The notes beneath the pieces are model-generated. The model ran no database searches and had not been told where the DNA came from. It saw nothing but the letters and a program-made list of their open reading frames with translations. This document shows positions 9,527-18,346 of a stretch of DNA of 64,000 nt, one piece after another; the first letter of the stretch is position 1, and the number at the start of each line of letters is the position of its first letter. Origin of the DNA: Eubacteriaceae bacterium Marseille-Q4139 (lineage in GTDB: Bacteria > Bacillota > Clostridia > Lachnospirales > Lachnospiraceae). The DNA lies in NCBI GenBank assembly GCA_018223415.1, contig JAGTTQ010000001.1, positions 2,557,498 to 2,621,497 of the forward strand, written 5' to 3'. Position numbers and translations under genes: made by a program.

Positions 9527-9601
9527 GGGAAATGTAAAGATTCTTCCGGTGTTTTTTGGAGGTGAGTGTGGTATAATGGCCGCATAGCGGACATTATACC
9601 T

Positions 9602-9659
9602 GCGCATACCGGTTTCCGCGTTCACCGCGGAAAGCCGGGCGCTAAAATCCGCCGGAGGC
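9602..9659 (+). ncRNA. conserved structured RNA motif, copy 1, in the 5' leader of amidase gene 9743
   Basis: GCGCAUACCGG-[UUUCCGCG UUCAC CGCGGAAA]-GCCGGGCGC..AAAUCCGCCGGAGGC; second copy at 24114-24171 has stem CUGCG/CGCAG (compensatory C>U / G>A); extended -10 promoter (TGgTATAAT) ~25 nt upstream. Confidence 0.4.
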
Positions 9660-9742
9660 ACCATGGCCGCATCAATCCAATCCAGACACCGGAAGAATTT
9701 TGCGGCCGGACTGCGGTATGACAGAAAAGGAAGGGAATACAT

Positions 9743-10825
9743 ATGAGGAAGCGGAACAATATAACCGGGCGAGTCCTGGGAGCCAGCCTTCTCCTGGCCG
9801 CCTGCTTTGTACAGACAGCCATGGCAGATACGGTTTACGTGGATGCCAGCAGCTTAAATTACAGGAGCGGCCCGTCCATGGAGAGCCCCGTTGTGGGAAA
9901 TCTTGCCCGCGGGACGAAGGTGGAGCGGGAGGTAAACGAAGGCGAGTGGAGCCGGATCCTGGTGGGAGAAAACAGCTTCTACGCGGCGAGCCGGTACCTT
10001 TCGGCAGAGGCACCGAAAAGCCTGGCGGCGGGAGTGTCCCAGACGCCGGCGGAGAGCCCTTACGTGGATGAAACCTGGGAGGCAGAGCTGAAAAGCGATG
10101 CGCCCTACGCGTCTTTTTCAAAAATCAACAGCGGGAAGGCCATTTATTACCATAACGGCAGCGAAAACAGGAAGGACAAAACGGTCTGTGTCAACGCCGG
10201 GCATGGCACAAAGGGCGGAAGCTCCGTAAAGACGCTGTGCCATCCGGACGGTTCTCCTAAAGTAACGGGAGGCACGACGGGAGCCGGCGCCACAACGGCC
10301 GTGGCCGTCTCTTCCGGCATGACTTTTTCAGACGGGACGCCGGAAAGCCAGGTGACGCTTGCCATGGCAAAGATTCTGCGGGACAAGCTTCTGGCAGAGG
10401 GCTATGATGTGCTGATGATCCGCGAGGGGGAGGACGTCCAGCTTGACAACGTGGCGCGGACCGTCCTTGCAAATGAGTACGCCGACTGCCACATCGCGCT
10501 CCACTGGGATTCCACCTCAAGCGACAAGGGCTGCTTTTATATGAGCGTGCCAAACAACAGCAGCTACCGTGCCATGGAGCCGGTCGCTTCCCACTGGCAG
10601 TCCCACAACCAGCTGGGGAACTGCCTGATCGAAGGCCTGCGCGGAGCCGGAAACAAAATCTTTTCCTCCGGCAGCATGGAAATGGATCTGACTCAGACGT
10701 CCTACTCCACCGTGCCAAGCGTGGACATTGAGCTTGGAGACAAGGCATCGGATCATTCGGAGGCTGTGCTCGGCCGCCTGGCAGACGGGCTTATCAGCGG
10801 AATCAACAGCTTTTTTGGATATTAG
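9743..10825 (+). CDS. secreted N-acetylmuramoyl-L-alanine amidase (Amidase_3 family) with N-terminal SH3b domain
   Basis: signal peptide; SH3b (YVDASSLNYRSGPS...GEWSRI); Amidase_3 signatures (VCVNAGHGTKGG..., MAKILRDKLLAEGYDVLMIRE, HIALHWDS). Confidence 0.85.
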   Translation: MRKRNNITGRVLGASLLLAACFVQTAMADTVYVDASSLNYRSGPSMESPVVGNLARGTKVEREVNEGEWSRILVGENSFYAASRYLSAEAPKSLAAGVSQTPAESPYVDETWEAELKSDAPYASFSKINSGKAIYYHNGSENRKDKTVCVNAGHGTKGGSSVKTLCHPDGSPKVTGGTTGAGATTAVAVSSGMTFSDGTPESQVTLAMAKILRDKLLAEGYDVLMIREGEDVQLDNVARTVLANEYADCHIALHWDSTSSDKGCFYMSVPNNSSYRAMEPVASHWQSHNQLGNCLIEGLRGAGNKIFSSGSMEMDLTQTSYSTVPSVDIELGDKASDHSEAVLGRLADGLISGINSFFGY

Positions 10826-10928
10826 GGAATTAGAAATGGAACATACGCCGGTTTTCCGGCACGAAAAAGGGCAGGCGATCTGTTTTCAGATTTCCTGCCC
10901 TTTCTCCATACCGGCCAGTGAAAGGCGC

Positions 10929-11369
10929 CTATTTCCAGTGCTTCAGCTTTGGAAGCAGTTCGGAAAAATAAGCCCTCGCCTGTTCCGGCGAAAAATTTTC
11001 ATTTGACATGTGGCCCGCAAGAAATTCCAGGAGCTCATCCATGTTTTGATACACGAACCGGCCGTCTGCATAACACCATTTGCAGTAGTCCTCATTAAAG
11101 CTTTTGTCGGGCTCGCGGCTGATTACTGCATCGTCGTCTAACGGCATGCCGCAGCACTGGCAGATGAGCTGTCTGGGGCTTCCAAGCAGGGTGTTGATGG
11201 AAACGTTAAAAGCAGAGGAAATCTGTTTCAGCGTTTCGATGTTCGGTGTGGCATCGCCGTTTTCCCAACGGGAAACCGCCTGACGCGTCACAGCCAGCTT
11301 CCCGGCCATCTCATCCTGTGTCAGGCCGTTTTGGGTACGGATTTTTTTCAGCACGTCTTTTGTGTCCAT
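10929..11369 (-). CDS. XRE-family HTH transcriptional regulator with C-terminal Cys4 zinc-ribbon-like domain
   Basis: HTH_3 motif (LTQDEMAGKLAVTRQAVSRWENG); C-terminal CQCCG...CKWC. Confidence 0.85.
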   Translation of the reverse strand: MDTKDVLKKIRTQNGLTQDEMAGKLAVTRQAVSRWENGDATPNIETLKQISSAFNVSINTLLGSPRQLICQCCGMPLDDDAVISREPDKSFNEDYCKWCYADGRFVYQNMDELLEFLAGHMSNENFSPEQARAYFSELLPKLKHWK

Positions 11370-11472
11370 ATCTCCGCCTCCTTTCCTTCACAGGCTTAGT
11401 ATAGCGGAGATTCCCTCCGGGAACAAGCAATGCTTCGTTGCTTTTTCTGAACAAGCCTGGCCGCCGGACAGA

Positions 11473-11751
11473 TCAAAGGCACGGGCTTTCTCCCCGCTCA
11501 CGGCAGGCCTTTCCAATATAAATTCCCCATTTGGCGGCGAGGAATAAAAAGGATACCAGGAACAGAAGCAGCGACAGGAAGAGGAAGGGACGCTTTGCCT
11601 TTTTGGGCAGGCAGATTCCCACCATGATTCCAAGGGAAATCAGGCAGAATTTCAACACCGCCATATCAGACACGCGAAGCTCCTTTATAAATCCGTCCGC
11701 GAACTCAAAAAGTGTTTGGCTCCTTTGTTTCCATTCTTTCATGTACTCCAT
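11473..11751 (-). CDS. small hydrophobic membrane protein, hypothetical
   Basis: strong RBS AAAGGAGG 6 nt upstream; two predicted TM segments; 40 nt downstream of gpmI on the same strand. Confidence 0.5.
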   Translation of the reverse strand: MEYMKEWKQRSQTLFEFADGFIKELRVSDMAVLKFCLISLGIMVGICLPKKAKRPFLFLSLLLFLVSFLFLAAKWGIYIGKACRERGESPCL

Positions 11752-11790
11752 AAAATTCCTCCTTTCCGTTTCCGGGTGTCGGGACTCAGG

Positions 11791-13332
11791 TTACTTTCTG
11801 ACGAGGAGGGACTTTCCGGTCATTTCTTTCGGCTGTTCCATGCCCATGAGCTCGATTAACGTCGGCGCGATGTCTGCCAGGCAGCCGCCTTCCCTCAGCC
11901 CGATGCCGTCGCCGGCATTGACAAGAATAAACGGAACCTGGTTGGTGGTGTGAGCCGTAAACGGATCGCCGGTTTCATAGTCGATAAGCTGTTCTGCATT
12001 TCCGTGATCGGCGCAGATGAACATGGCTCCATCCACATCGCAGACGGCCTCCACAGCTTTTCCGACGCAGGCATCCACCGCTTCGATGGCCCTGATGGCC
12101 GCCGCTTCCACGCCTGTGTGGCCGACCATGTCCGGGTTCGCAAAATTGATGATGATGACGTCATATTTTCCGGAGCGGATGGCTTCCACCAGCTTATCGC
12201 AGACCTCCGGTGCGCTCATTTCCGGCTGCATATCATAGGTAGGAACCTTCGGGGATTTCACGAGAATGCGGTCTTCGCCCGGGTTTGGCTCCTCTACGCC
12301 GCCGTTGAAGAAGAAGGTTACATGGGCGTATTTTTCGGTCTCGGCAATTCTTGCCTGGGTCTTTCCATGGGCAGCCAGGAATTCTCCAAAGGTATTCGTG
12401 ATGGTCTCTTTCCGGAAAGCCACCAGCTTATTTGGTATTGTCTCATCATAGTCGGTAAAGCATACATAGACGAGATCCAGTTTTTTGGGACGTGCAAAGC
12501 CCTGGAACGCATCGTCACAGAAGGCTCTCGTAATTTCCCTCGCGCGGTCGGGGCGGAAGTTGAAGAAAATGACGGAATCGCCGTCGCAGATGCGTCCGCG
12601 CGGCTGGCCGTTTTCCGTAATGACGCAGGGAACCACGAATTCATCCGTTTTTCCATCATCATAGGAAGCCTGGATTGCTGCCGGAGCCGATTCATTCTGA
12701 TTGCCCTCGCCGTCAGTCAGGGCACGGTAAGCCAGCTCGACGCGGTCCCAGCGGTTGTCCCGGTCCATGGCATAATAGCGTCCCATGACGGAGGCAACCT
12801 TGCCTACGCCAAGCTCGTTCATTTTTTCTTCAAGCTGCATAACAAAGTCTTTGCCGGAGGACGGAGGCGTATCGCGGCCGTCTAAGAAGCAGTGTACGAA
12901 TACTTTCTTCAGCCCGTTTCTCTTAGCAAGTTCCAAAAGGCCGAAAATATGGGTAATATGGCTGTGGACGCCGCCGTCGGAGACGAGGCCGAACAGATGC
13001 AGGGCAGAATCCTTCTTTTTGCAGTTTTCCACTGCGGCCAAAAACTCCGCATTCTCAAAAAAGTCGCCGTCTTCAATGGATTTCGTGATCCGTGTGAGCT
13101 CCTGGTACACGATGCGCCCGGCGCCCATGTTGAGATGGCCGACCTCGGAATTTCCCATCTGGCCGTCAGGAAGGCCTACGGCGAGGCCGCTGGCGTTTCC
13201 CCTTACAAAGGGGCATTCCTTCATAAGCCTGTCCATGACCGGCTTTTTCGCTTCATATACGGCATTTCCTTCCTGTTTTTCGTTGAGGCCGTATCCGTCA
13301 AGAATCATTAAAACAACAGGTCTTTTGCTCAT
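11791..13332 (-). CDS. gpmI: 2,3-bisphosphoglycerate-independent phosphoglycerate mutase
   Basis: [16 protein letters not shown]...[14 protein letters not shown] and metal-binding motifs throughout; start chosen at the ATG preceded by AAGGAGAG. Confidence 0.95.
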   Translation of the reverse strand: MSKRPVVLMILDGYGLNEKQEGNAVYEAKKPVMDRLMKECPFVRGNASGLAVGLPDGQMGNSEVGHLNMGAGRIVYQELTRITKSIEDGDFFENAEFLAAVENCKKKDSALHLFGLVSDGGVHSHITHIFGLLELAKRNGLKKVFVHCFLDGRDTPPSSGKDFVMQLEEKMNELGVGKVASVMGRYYAMDRDNRWDRVELAYRALTDGEGNQNESAPAAIQASYDDGKTDEFVVPCVITENGQPRGRICDGDSVIFFNFRPDRAREITRAFCDDAFQGFARPKKLDLVYVCFTDYDETIPNKLVAFRKETITNTFGEFLAAHGKTQARIAETEKYAHVTFFFNGGVEEPNPGEDRILVKSPKVPTYDMQPEMSAPEVCDKLVEAIRSGKYDVIIINFANPDMVGHTGVEAAAIRAIEAVDACVGKAVEAVCDVDGAMFICADHGNAEQLIDYETGDPFTAHTTNQVPFILVNAGDGIGLREGGCLADIAPTLIELMGMEQPKEMTGKSLLVRK

Positions 13333-13438
13333 TGCTTTTCTCTCCTTTATGTGAGCCCGTGAAAGACACAGGCACAAAACCTTTTGAACGTCTATATTGT
13401 ATTATATTTAACAATATTTTACAACCATTTCGGAAAAG

Positions 13439-14206
13439 TTATTCGCGGCTTTTTTCGTATGCCGCTACCAGGAAGCGCCCGTTCCCGTGGGAATACTCGC
13501 AGGTGACGAGATAGAGGAGGCGGCTTCCGAATTTTGGAAGTGCATCTGCTTCCCAGAGGGAGAGGCGCCGGATTTCCTTTACTTTTTCACGAAATCGTTC
13601 TTCGTCAGAAAGGTCTTCATATAAAAAATCAGCCCCGTCCGCATCGCCCGGCAGATAGAAGGCGCCGAAAATTTCGTATTCGCCCGGCCCGCTTTCCGTG
13701 TCGAACCAGACGGTGCGGCAGCTTCGGAAAACTTCTTCTTTTTCATAGGAAAGAAGGTCGGCAAACATGGTGCCATCCTTCATATGGTGCCCGTAGACGA
13801 TCCATGGAAGGCTGCGGCTTTCCAGTGACGAGGCGGCGTCCAGATATGGGACACCGTGGCGGTTTTCGCGGCCGTCAAGCCCGCGGCGGAGGTAGTAATC
13901 CGGATCTTTTGGCGTCTGCATGACCGGATAGTCCACAGAAGTGCCGGGAATTTTGATCCAGGCGGCAAGAAAGGGGAAGTCTTCCATGGCGCCGGACGGA
14001 AAAAGACCGGGGCGGGAAATCCTTCCGCGGAAAACAGGCCCGGCGGACGCAGAGCGTTCCTCACAATATGAAAATTCTTCCTTTAATTTATCGAATTGTA
14101 AAGCGGAGCGTCTGGAATCGAGAAACTGATTCCAGAGAGCCAGGGCAGAACCTGCAAAGGCGAAGAGCAGGACCCCGGAAAAAATGCGAAAGAAAATTGG
14201 TTTCAT
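13439..14206 (-). CDS. srtB: class B sortase
   Basis: IPGTSVDYPVMQ and catalytic LVTC motif; N-terminal membrane anchor. Confidence 0.85.
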   Translation of the reverse strand: MKPIFFRIFSGVLLFAFAGSALALWNQFLDSRRSALQFDKLKEEFSYCEERSASAGPVFRGRISRPGLFPSGAMEDFPFLAAWIKIPGTSVDYPVMQTPKDPDYYLRRGLDGRENRHGVPYLDAASSLESRSLPWIVYGHHMKDGTMFADLLSYEKEEVFRSCRTVWFDTESGPGEYEIFGAFYLPGDADGADFLYEDLSDEERFREKVKEIRRLSLWEADALPKFGSRLLYLVTCEYSHGNGRFLVAAYEKSRE

Positions 14207-14318
14207 GAATGTATTGTACCACAGGATTTCCGAAATGCAATAGGAATGAAAAAAGTCGGAATAGAAAAATATTTTAAAAATACTTGCATTTTTTTGGAAA
14301 AGTGGTAAGATAATTTAC

Positions 14319-14391
14319 GGAGGCATAGCTCAGCTGGGAGAGCACCTGCATCACACGCAGGGGGTCGCAGGTTCGAGTCCTGTTGTCTCCA
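14319..14391 (+). tRNA. tRNA-Val (anticodon CAC)
   Basis: hand-folded cloverleaf: acceptor GGAGGCA/UGUCUCC, D stem GCUC/GAGC, anticodon stem CCUGC/GCAGG, loop AUCACAC, T loop UUCGAGU. Confidence 0.85.
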
Positions 14392-14394
14392 TGA

Positions 14395-14431
14395 GAGTCT
14401 CTGGATGTGAGTCCAGGGACTTTTTTTATTG
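14395..14431 (+). terminator. intrinsic terminator after tRNA-Val (10-bp stem, one mismatch, then T7)
   Basis: AGUCUCUGGA-ugugag-UCCAGGGACU followed by UUUUUUU. Confidence 0.6.
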
Positions 14432-14619
14432 CACATGCCCGGCAGGCGGCATCATGCCTGCATGAAATGGCATTTTCCCGGCAGCCCGGGCGGCTGCGGC
14501 GGAATGCAGGCGCCGGCCATTTGGCAGCCGGCCGGAGGTCAGGAAAATAATTTGGGGGAAATGACGCGCCGCCGGTTTGTCTTATGCATACCTTATTATT
14601 AGAAAATTGAAAGGAGTAT

Positions 14620-14907
14620 ATGACAATGAATTGTTGCAGCAATTCCGGCAGTGATGTGAGAAGAATGGTCATGCAGCCGGGGCTCTGCCGGCCGGCCGGA
14701 GGGCCGGGGCCAGTTGTGCCCGGCGGTTCGCCCGCAGGCCAGCAGGGGTCACAGATGCCTGGTTCTTACAGCCGTTTTCCGGTTGGAATGGGGTACGTCC
14801 CGATGCAGAATTGGGAAACACCGTATCCTCTGGCAACCGCTTTTTCCAGGGGGACAATTTTCCCGTCCCTTGATTATCCGTTTATGAGAGCGAGGTGCAG
14901 GGCATGA
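14620..14907 (+). CDS. cotJA: spore coat-associated protein CotJA
   Basis: conserved YVPMQ...LATAF..GTIFPSLDYPF signature; RBS AAAGGAG; CATACCTTA (CATA-type mother-cell -10 element) 28 nt upstream. Confidence 0.85.
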   Translation: MTMNCCSNSGSDVRRMVMQPGLCRPAGGPGPVVPGGSPAGQQGSQMPGSYSRFPVGMGYVPMQNWETPYPLATAFSRGTIFPSLDYPFMRARCRA

Positions 14908-15203
14908 TGGGCGGCATGAATCAGAACATGAATTCCGGGCAGTGCAGTGCGCCGCCGCTTACAAAAGCGCAGCTTATGAAGCAGATCAATGAAGCCAGCT
15001 TTGCGATGGACGACGTTCTCCTGTTCCTCGATACGCATCCGGATAATGCAGAGGCGCTCCAGTATTATAAGACGGTCACGGCCATGAGAAAAGACGCCAT
15101 GGATGCCTACCAGAGCCAGTTCGGGCCGCTGATGGTGGACAGTGTGACGGGCAGCACCTGGGACTGGGTGACAGAAAAATGGCCGTGGGAAGGAGGATGC
15201 TGA
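14895..15203 (+). CDS. cotJB: spore coat protein CotJB
   Basis: CotJB family (DDVLLFLDTHPDN...WDWV..WPWE); overlaps the cotJA end. Confidence 0.85.
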   Translation: MQGMMGGMNQNMNSGQCSAPPLTKAQLMKQINEASFAMDDVLLFLDTHPDNAEALQYYKTVTAMRKDAMDAYQSQFGPLMVDSVTGSTWDWVTEKWPWEGGC

Positions 15204-15204
15204 T

Positions 15205-15840
15205 ATGTGGAGATATGAAAAGCGGCTGCAGTATCCGGTAAATATTAAGGAGCCGAATGCGAAGATTGCGAAGTATATTATGAGCCAGTACGGCGGGCCC
15301 GACGGCGAGATCGGCGCCTCCATGCGCTACCTCTCCCAGCGCTACGCGATGCCCTACGGCGAGCAGAAGGCGGTGCTTACGGACATCGGAACCGAGGAGC
15401 TGGCGCACCTGGAAATCGTGGCAGCCATCGTCCATCAGCTTACTCGCAATTTATCCGCCGAGGAGCTGGATGCCCAGGGCTTCGGTGACTATTATATTGA
15501 CCATACGGTAGGAATCTGGCCGCAGGCGGCGGGCGGCGTTCCCTTTAACGCAAACCAGTTCCAGTCGAAGGGGGATCCCATCACGGATCTGTTTGAGGAT
15601 TTGGCGGCCGAGCAGAAAGCCCGCACGACATACGACAACATCCTGCGTGTCGTAAAAGATCCCGACGTCTGCGACCCGATCCGCTTCTTGAGGAAACGGG
15701 AAATCATCCATTTCCAGCGTTTCGGTGAAGCACTCCGCGGACTTCAGGACCGGCTTGACAGCAGGAATTTCTACGCGTTCAACCCGAGCTTCGACAAAGG
15801 GCCGGCAATGCAGCCGAGACAGGGAGGCTGCTGCCAGTAA
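15205..15840 (+). CDS. cotJC: spore coat protein CotJC (manganese-catalase family)
   Basis: Mn-catalase-like motifs (EIGASMRYLSQRY, EELAHLEIVAAIV). Confidence 0.9.
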   Translation: MWRYEKRLQYPVNIKEPNAKIAKYIMSQYGGPDGEIGASMRYLSQRYAMPYGEQKAVLTDIGTEELAHLEIVAAIVHQLTRNLSAEELDAQGFGDYYIDHTVGIWPQAAGGVPFNANQFQSKGDPITDLFEDLAAEQKARTTYDNILRVVKDPDVCDPIRFLRKREIIHFQRFGEALRGLQDRLDSRNFYAFNPSFDKGPAMQPRQGGCCQ

Positions 15841-15965
15841 AAATGGGCGGACAAAACCACAGCCGCAGGAAAAGACTTGCATTTTCCTGCGCCCTGTGGT
15901 ATTTTAAATGCATATCCGTTTTTCCCGTTCGGGACTTCAAAATCATATCGGATATTCTTGAATTT

Positions 15966-16310
15966 CTATTTCTTTTTATCAATATTTAAGTAGTATTCGG
16001 AAAGATCAAGTGCATGGGAAATTTCCTGGGGAGAATACTGGCGGCAGAGGGATTCAAACTTTTCCCGATTGATGTCAGGCAGCTCCATCACCTCGCCAAA
16101 CAGGAGATAATCTGTGGTAACATGGCAGCTTTTTGCAATTTGCGCGACGATATCCAGGCTGGCCGTCCTCTTCCCCTGCTCGATGAGTGCCAGATAGGAT
16201 GTAGAGATATGAATCATTTCAGCAAACACTTCCTGTGTTTTCTTCTGGGTGGCCCGCAGCCCTCGGATCCGCTTGCCCATAGCTTCCAAATTGACAGAAT
16301 GCATGTCCAT
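15966..16310 (-). CDS. XRE-family HTH transcriptional regulator
   Basis: HTH_3 motif (KTQEVFAEMIHISTSYLALIEQGKR). Confidence 0.8.
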   Translation of the reverse strand: MDMHSVNLEAMGKRIRGLRATQKKTQEVFAEMIHISTSYLALIEQGKRTASLDIVAQIAKSCHVTTDYLLFGEVMELPDINREKFESLCRQYSPQEISHALDLSEYYLNIDKKK

Positions 16311-16494
16311 AAATGAAAATCCTCTTGCGTTTCAACAGTAATGCTACAAATAAATCATAACATTTAGAATTCACAAAATAATTTCTTATAGAAATATTTT
16401 TATTTACTAAATGTAAAAATATACGGGGCATTTTTGAAAGAGAACAAGGTGAGGGGCAGCATAATATCAAATTTTACTATAAGAAAATATTTTA

Positions 16495-16523
16495 TTGACT
16501 AATAGAAAATATAAGACTATAAT
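16495..16523 (+). promoter_or_regulatory. strong sigmaA promoter (TTGACT, 17 bp, TATAAT) for the M28/opp operon, in an AT-rich divergent region
   Basis: read from the sequence; 254-bp AT-rich intergenic region in a GC-rich genome. Confidence 0.55.
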
Positions 16524-16564
16524 GAAGGTGCAGTTCTTCAAAAAAATGGAAAGGGGATGACAAC

Positions 16565-18301
16565 ATGGATGAAACGAAACAGTTTCAGGAATTTTCTGAA
16601 ACAATTTCACGAGCCCTGGATCTGGAGCGCATGATGGCAGATATTGAGGTGTTCAGCCATCTGAACCGCTATACAGGGTCGGAGGAAGGCGAACGGGCGG
16701 CGGAGTTTATTGCCGGCCGGATGGAAAGCCTTGGGATACCTGTTTCAAGGGAGACCTACCGGATTTACCGGAGCCTGCCGGGGAATGCTTCGGTCCGCGT
16801 GACGGGAGCGGCAGGAGAGAAAGCATACGCGCTGACGCCTTATGTTTACAGCGGGACTGCAAAAGGGCTGACTGCGGAGCTGGTTTACGACGAAAAAAGC
16901 GAAGGGCCGTGTACGCAGAAAGAAATGGCGGAGAGGCTTGCCGCATTTAAAGGGAAAATTGTCCTGACCCATGAATCCGGCTATTCCTTTGCGTGCGGGG
17001 CGAAGGCCGCGGGGGCGTTAGCCGTCCTTACGATCTGGCATGCAAACCTGGCCCATCACGGCACGCTGGGCGGCGTATGGGGAACGCCCGAGCCGGATGA
17101 CCTTTTTTACCGCTATCCGAGAATCCCGTTTGCGGAAATCTGCCATGACGGCGGGGAGGAACTGAAGGTATTGTGCCAAAACAGCAAAGAGCCTGTGACC
17201 GTATGCCTCGACGTGGAAATGGAGGACGGAATTTTGCCGTCGATGATGCCCGTTGCCAGGGTGGAAGGGAAAAGTGAAAAATTTGTCCTTGTATCGGGCC
17301 ATTACGATTCCTGGTATGAGGGCGTTACAGATAACGGGGTTGCCAACGCCGCGATGATGGAGATGGCGCGCGTCTTTAAAGAGAACCAGGAAAAGCTTGG
17401 GAGAACCGTGGTTTTCGCCTGGTGGTCAGGCCATTCCGACGGGCGCTATTCCGGCTCGGCCTGGTATTATGACAACCACTGGATGGAGCTTAAGAAAAAC
17501 TGTGTGGCGCACATCAACATGGATATCTGCGGCTGCAAGGGCTCAGATCTTGTGGGCTTCAACACCTCCATGTTAGAAGGCGCGGCGTTCGACCGGGAAT
17601 TCCTTCTGGAATTCAACGATGAAGAACCGATTGCGCCTGTCCCGATGGCGAGGTTTGCCGATCAGACCTTCTGGGGAGCCGATATCCCCTTTGCCATCAT
17701 GCCGAAATTCAGCAAAAAGAATCCGGGAAAGACGCCGTTTTTCTGGTGGCATTCGGTAGAGGACACCCTGGACAAGGTGGATCCGCAGATTGTTTTAAGG
17801 GACGCGAAGGTGGTTGCAAAGCTGTCGGCCATTTTTGCCAATATCCCAAGGCTGCCTGCGGACATGACGGGCTTTCTGGCGATCATGCGAAAACGGCTCA
17901 TGGTGTTAGAGGAGGAGCTTTCTGCGGAATTCTGCCTGAAACCGGTCTATCCGCATCTTGACCGGCTGGAGGGCGTTTTGAAGGAAGTAGAAGAGATCCT
18001 GGCCGAGAAGGAAGCGTGCAGGGAGGACACCGACGACGCTGTCATAAAGATTTCCGGCGAGCTGGTACGTCTTGTCTATACGGAAGCCAGCCCCTATCAT
18101 CAGGATCCGGCCGTGGAATACGGCTTGTTCCCGGCACTTTCCAGGGCGGCAGGGCTCACAGCAGACAACACGGAGGCGGCATACTATCTGGCTGTGCAGA
18201 CGAATTTTATCCGCCAGAGAAACCGCCTGGAGGGCCAGCTTTCGGCTGTGCTGGAAGTCTGCGAAAACCTGCTGTACCGCTGGAAAAACGGCGAGCTTTA
18301 A
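16565..18301 (+). CDS. M28-family metallopeptidase (aminopeptidase-like) with extra C-terminal helical domain
   Basis: zinc-ligand regions (SGHYDSWYEGVTDNGVANAAMMEMARVF; FAWWSGHSDGRYSGSAWY); directly upstream of the peptide ABC operon. Confidence 0.8.
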   Translation: MDETKQFQEFSETISRALDLERMMADIEVFSHLNRYTGSEEGERAAEFIAGRMESLGIPVSRETYRIYRSLPGNASVRVTGAAGEKAYALTPYVYSGTAKGLTAELVYDEKSEGPCTQKEMAERLAAFKGKIVLTHESGYSFACGAKAAGALAVLTIWHANLAHHGTLGGVWGTPEPDDLFYRYPRIPFAEICHDGGEELKVLCQNSKEPVTVCLDVEMEDGILPSMMPVARVEGKSEKFVLVSGHYDSWYEGVTDNGVANAAMMEMARVFKENQEKLGRTVVFAWWSGHSDGRYSGSAWYYDNHWMELKKNCVAHINMDICGCKGSDLVGFNTSMLEGAAFDREFLLEFNDEEPIAPVPMARFADQTFWGADIPFAIMPKFSKKNPGKTPFFWWHSVEDTLDKVDPQIVLRDAKVVAKLSAIFANIPRLPADMTGFLAIMRKRLMVLEEELSAEFCLKPVYPHLDRLEGVLKEVEEILAEKEACREDTDDAVIKISGELVRLVYTEASPYHQDPAVEYGLFPALSRAAGLTADNTEAAYYLAVQTNFIRQRNRLEGQLSAVLEVCENLLYRWKNGEL

Positions 18302-18346
18302 TACGGAAACGATACGACATAGACTTTTTCGGGAAAGGAGTCTTTT

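Noticed and set aside
9602-9659. Assignment of the conserved RNA motif to a known riboswitch class (guanidine-III, c-di-GMP-I, purine, glutamine)
   Set aside because: Partial similarities exist (GCGC..ACCGG, CGUUCACC, GGACGCAAAGC), but helix order and the conserved junctions do not fit any of these consensus models. Kept as an unclassified motif.
8969-9742. 257-aa minus-strand ORF spanning the MITE copy A and the small coiled-coil gene
   Set aside because: Runs through a non-coding repeat element and the structured RNA leader. Low-complexity translation and no RBS.
11950-12885. 311-aa plus-strand ORF antisense to gpmI
   Set aside because: Entirely inside the strongly supported gpmI gene. 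No conserved motifs.
13534-13923. Arg-rich plus-strand ORF antisense to the sortase gene
   Set aside because: Arg/Gly/Pro-rich artefact composition inside a supported gene.
14480-14620. SigmaE-type -35 element (ATATT) for cotJ
   Set aside because: Only the CATA-type -10 element is visible. There is no convincing -35 at 16-18 bp, so no sigma factor assignment is made beyond the mother-cell type.
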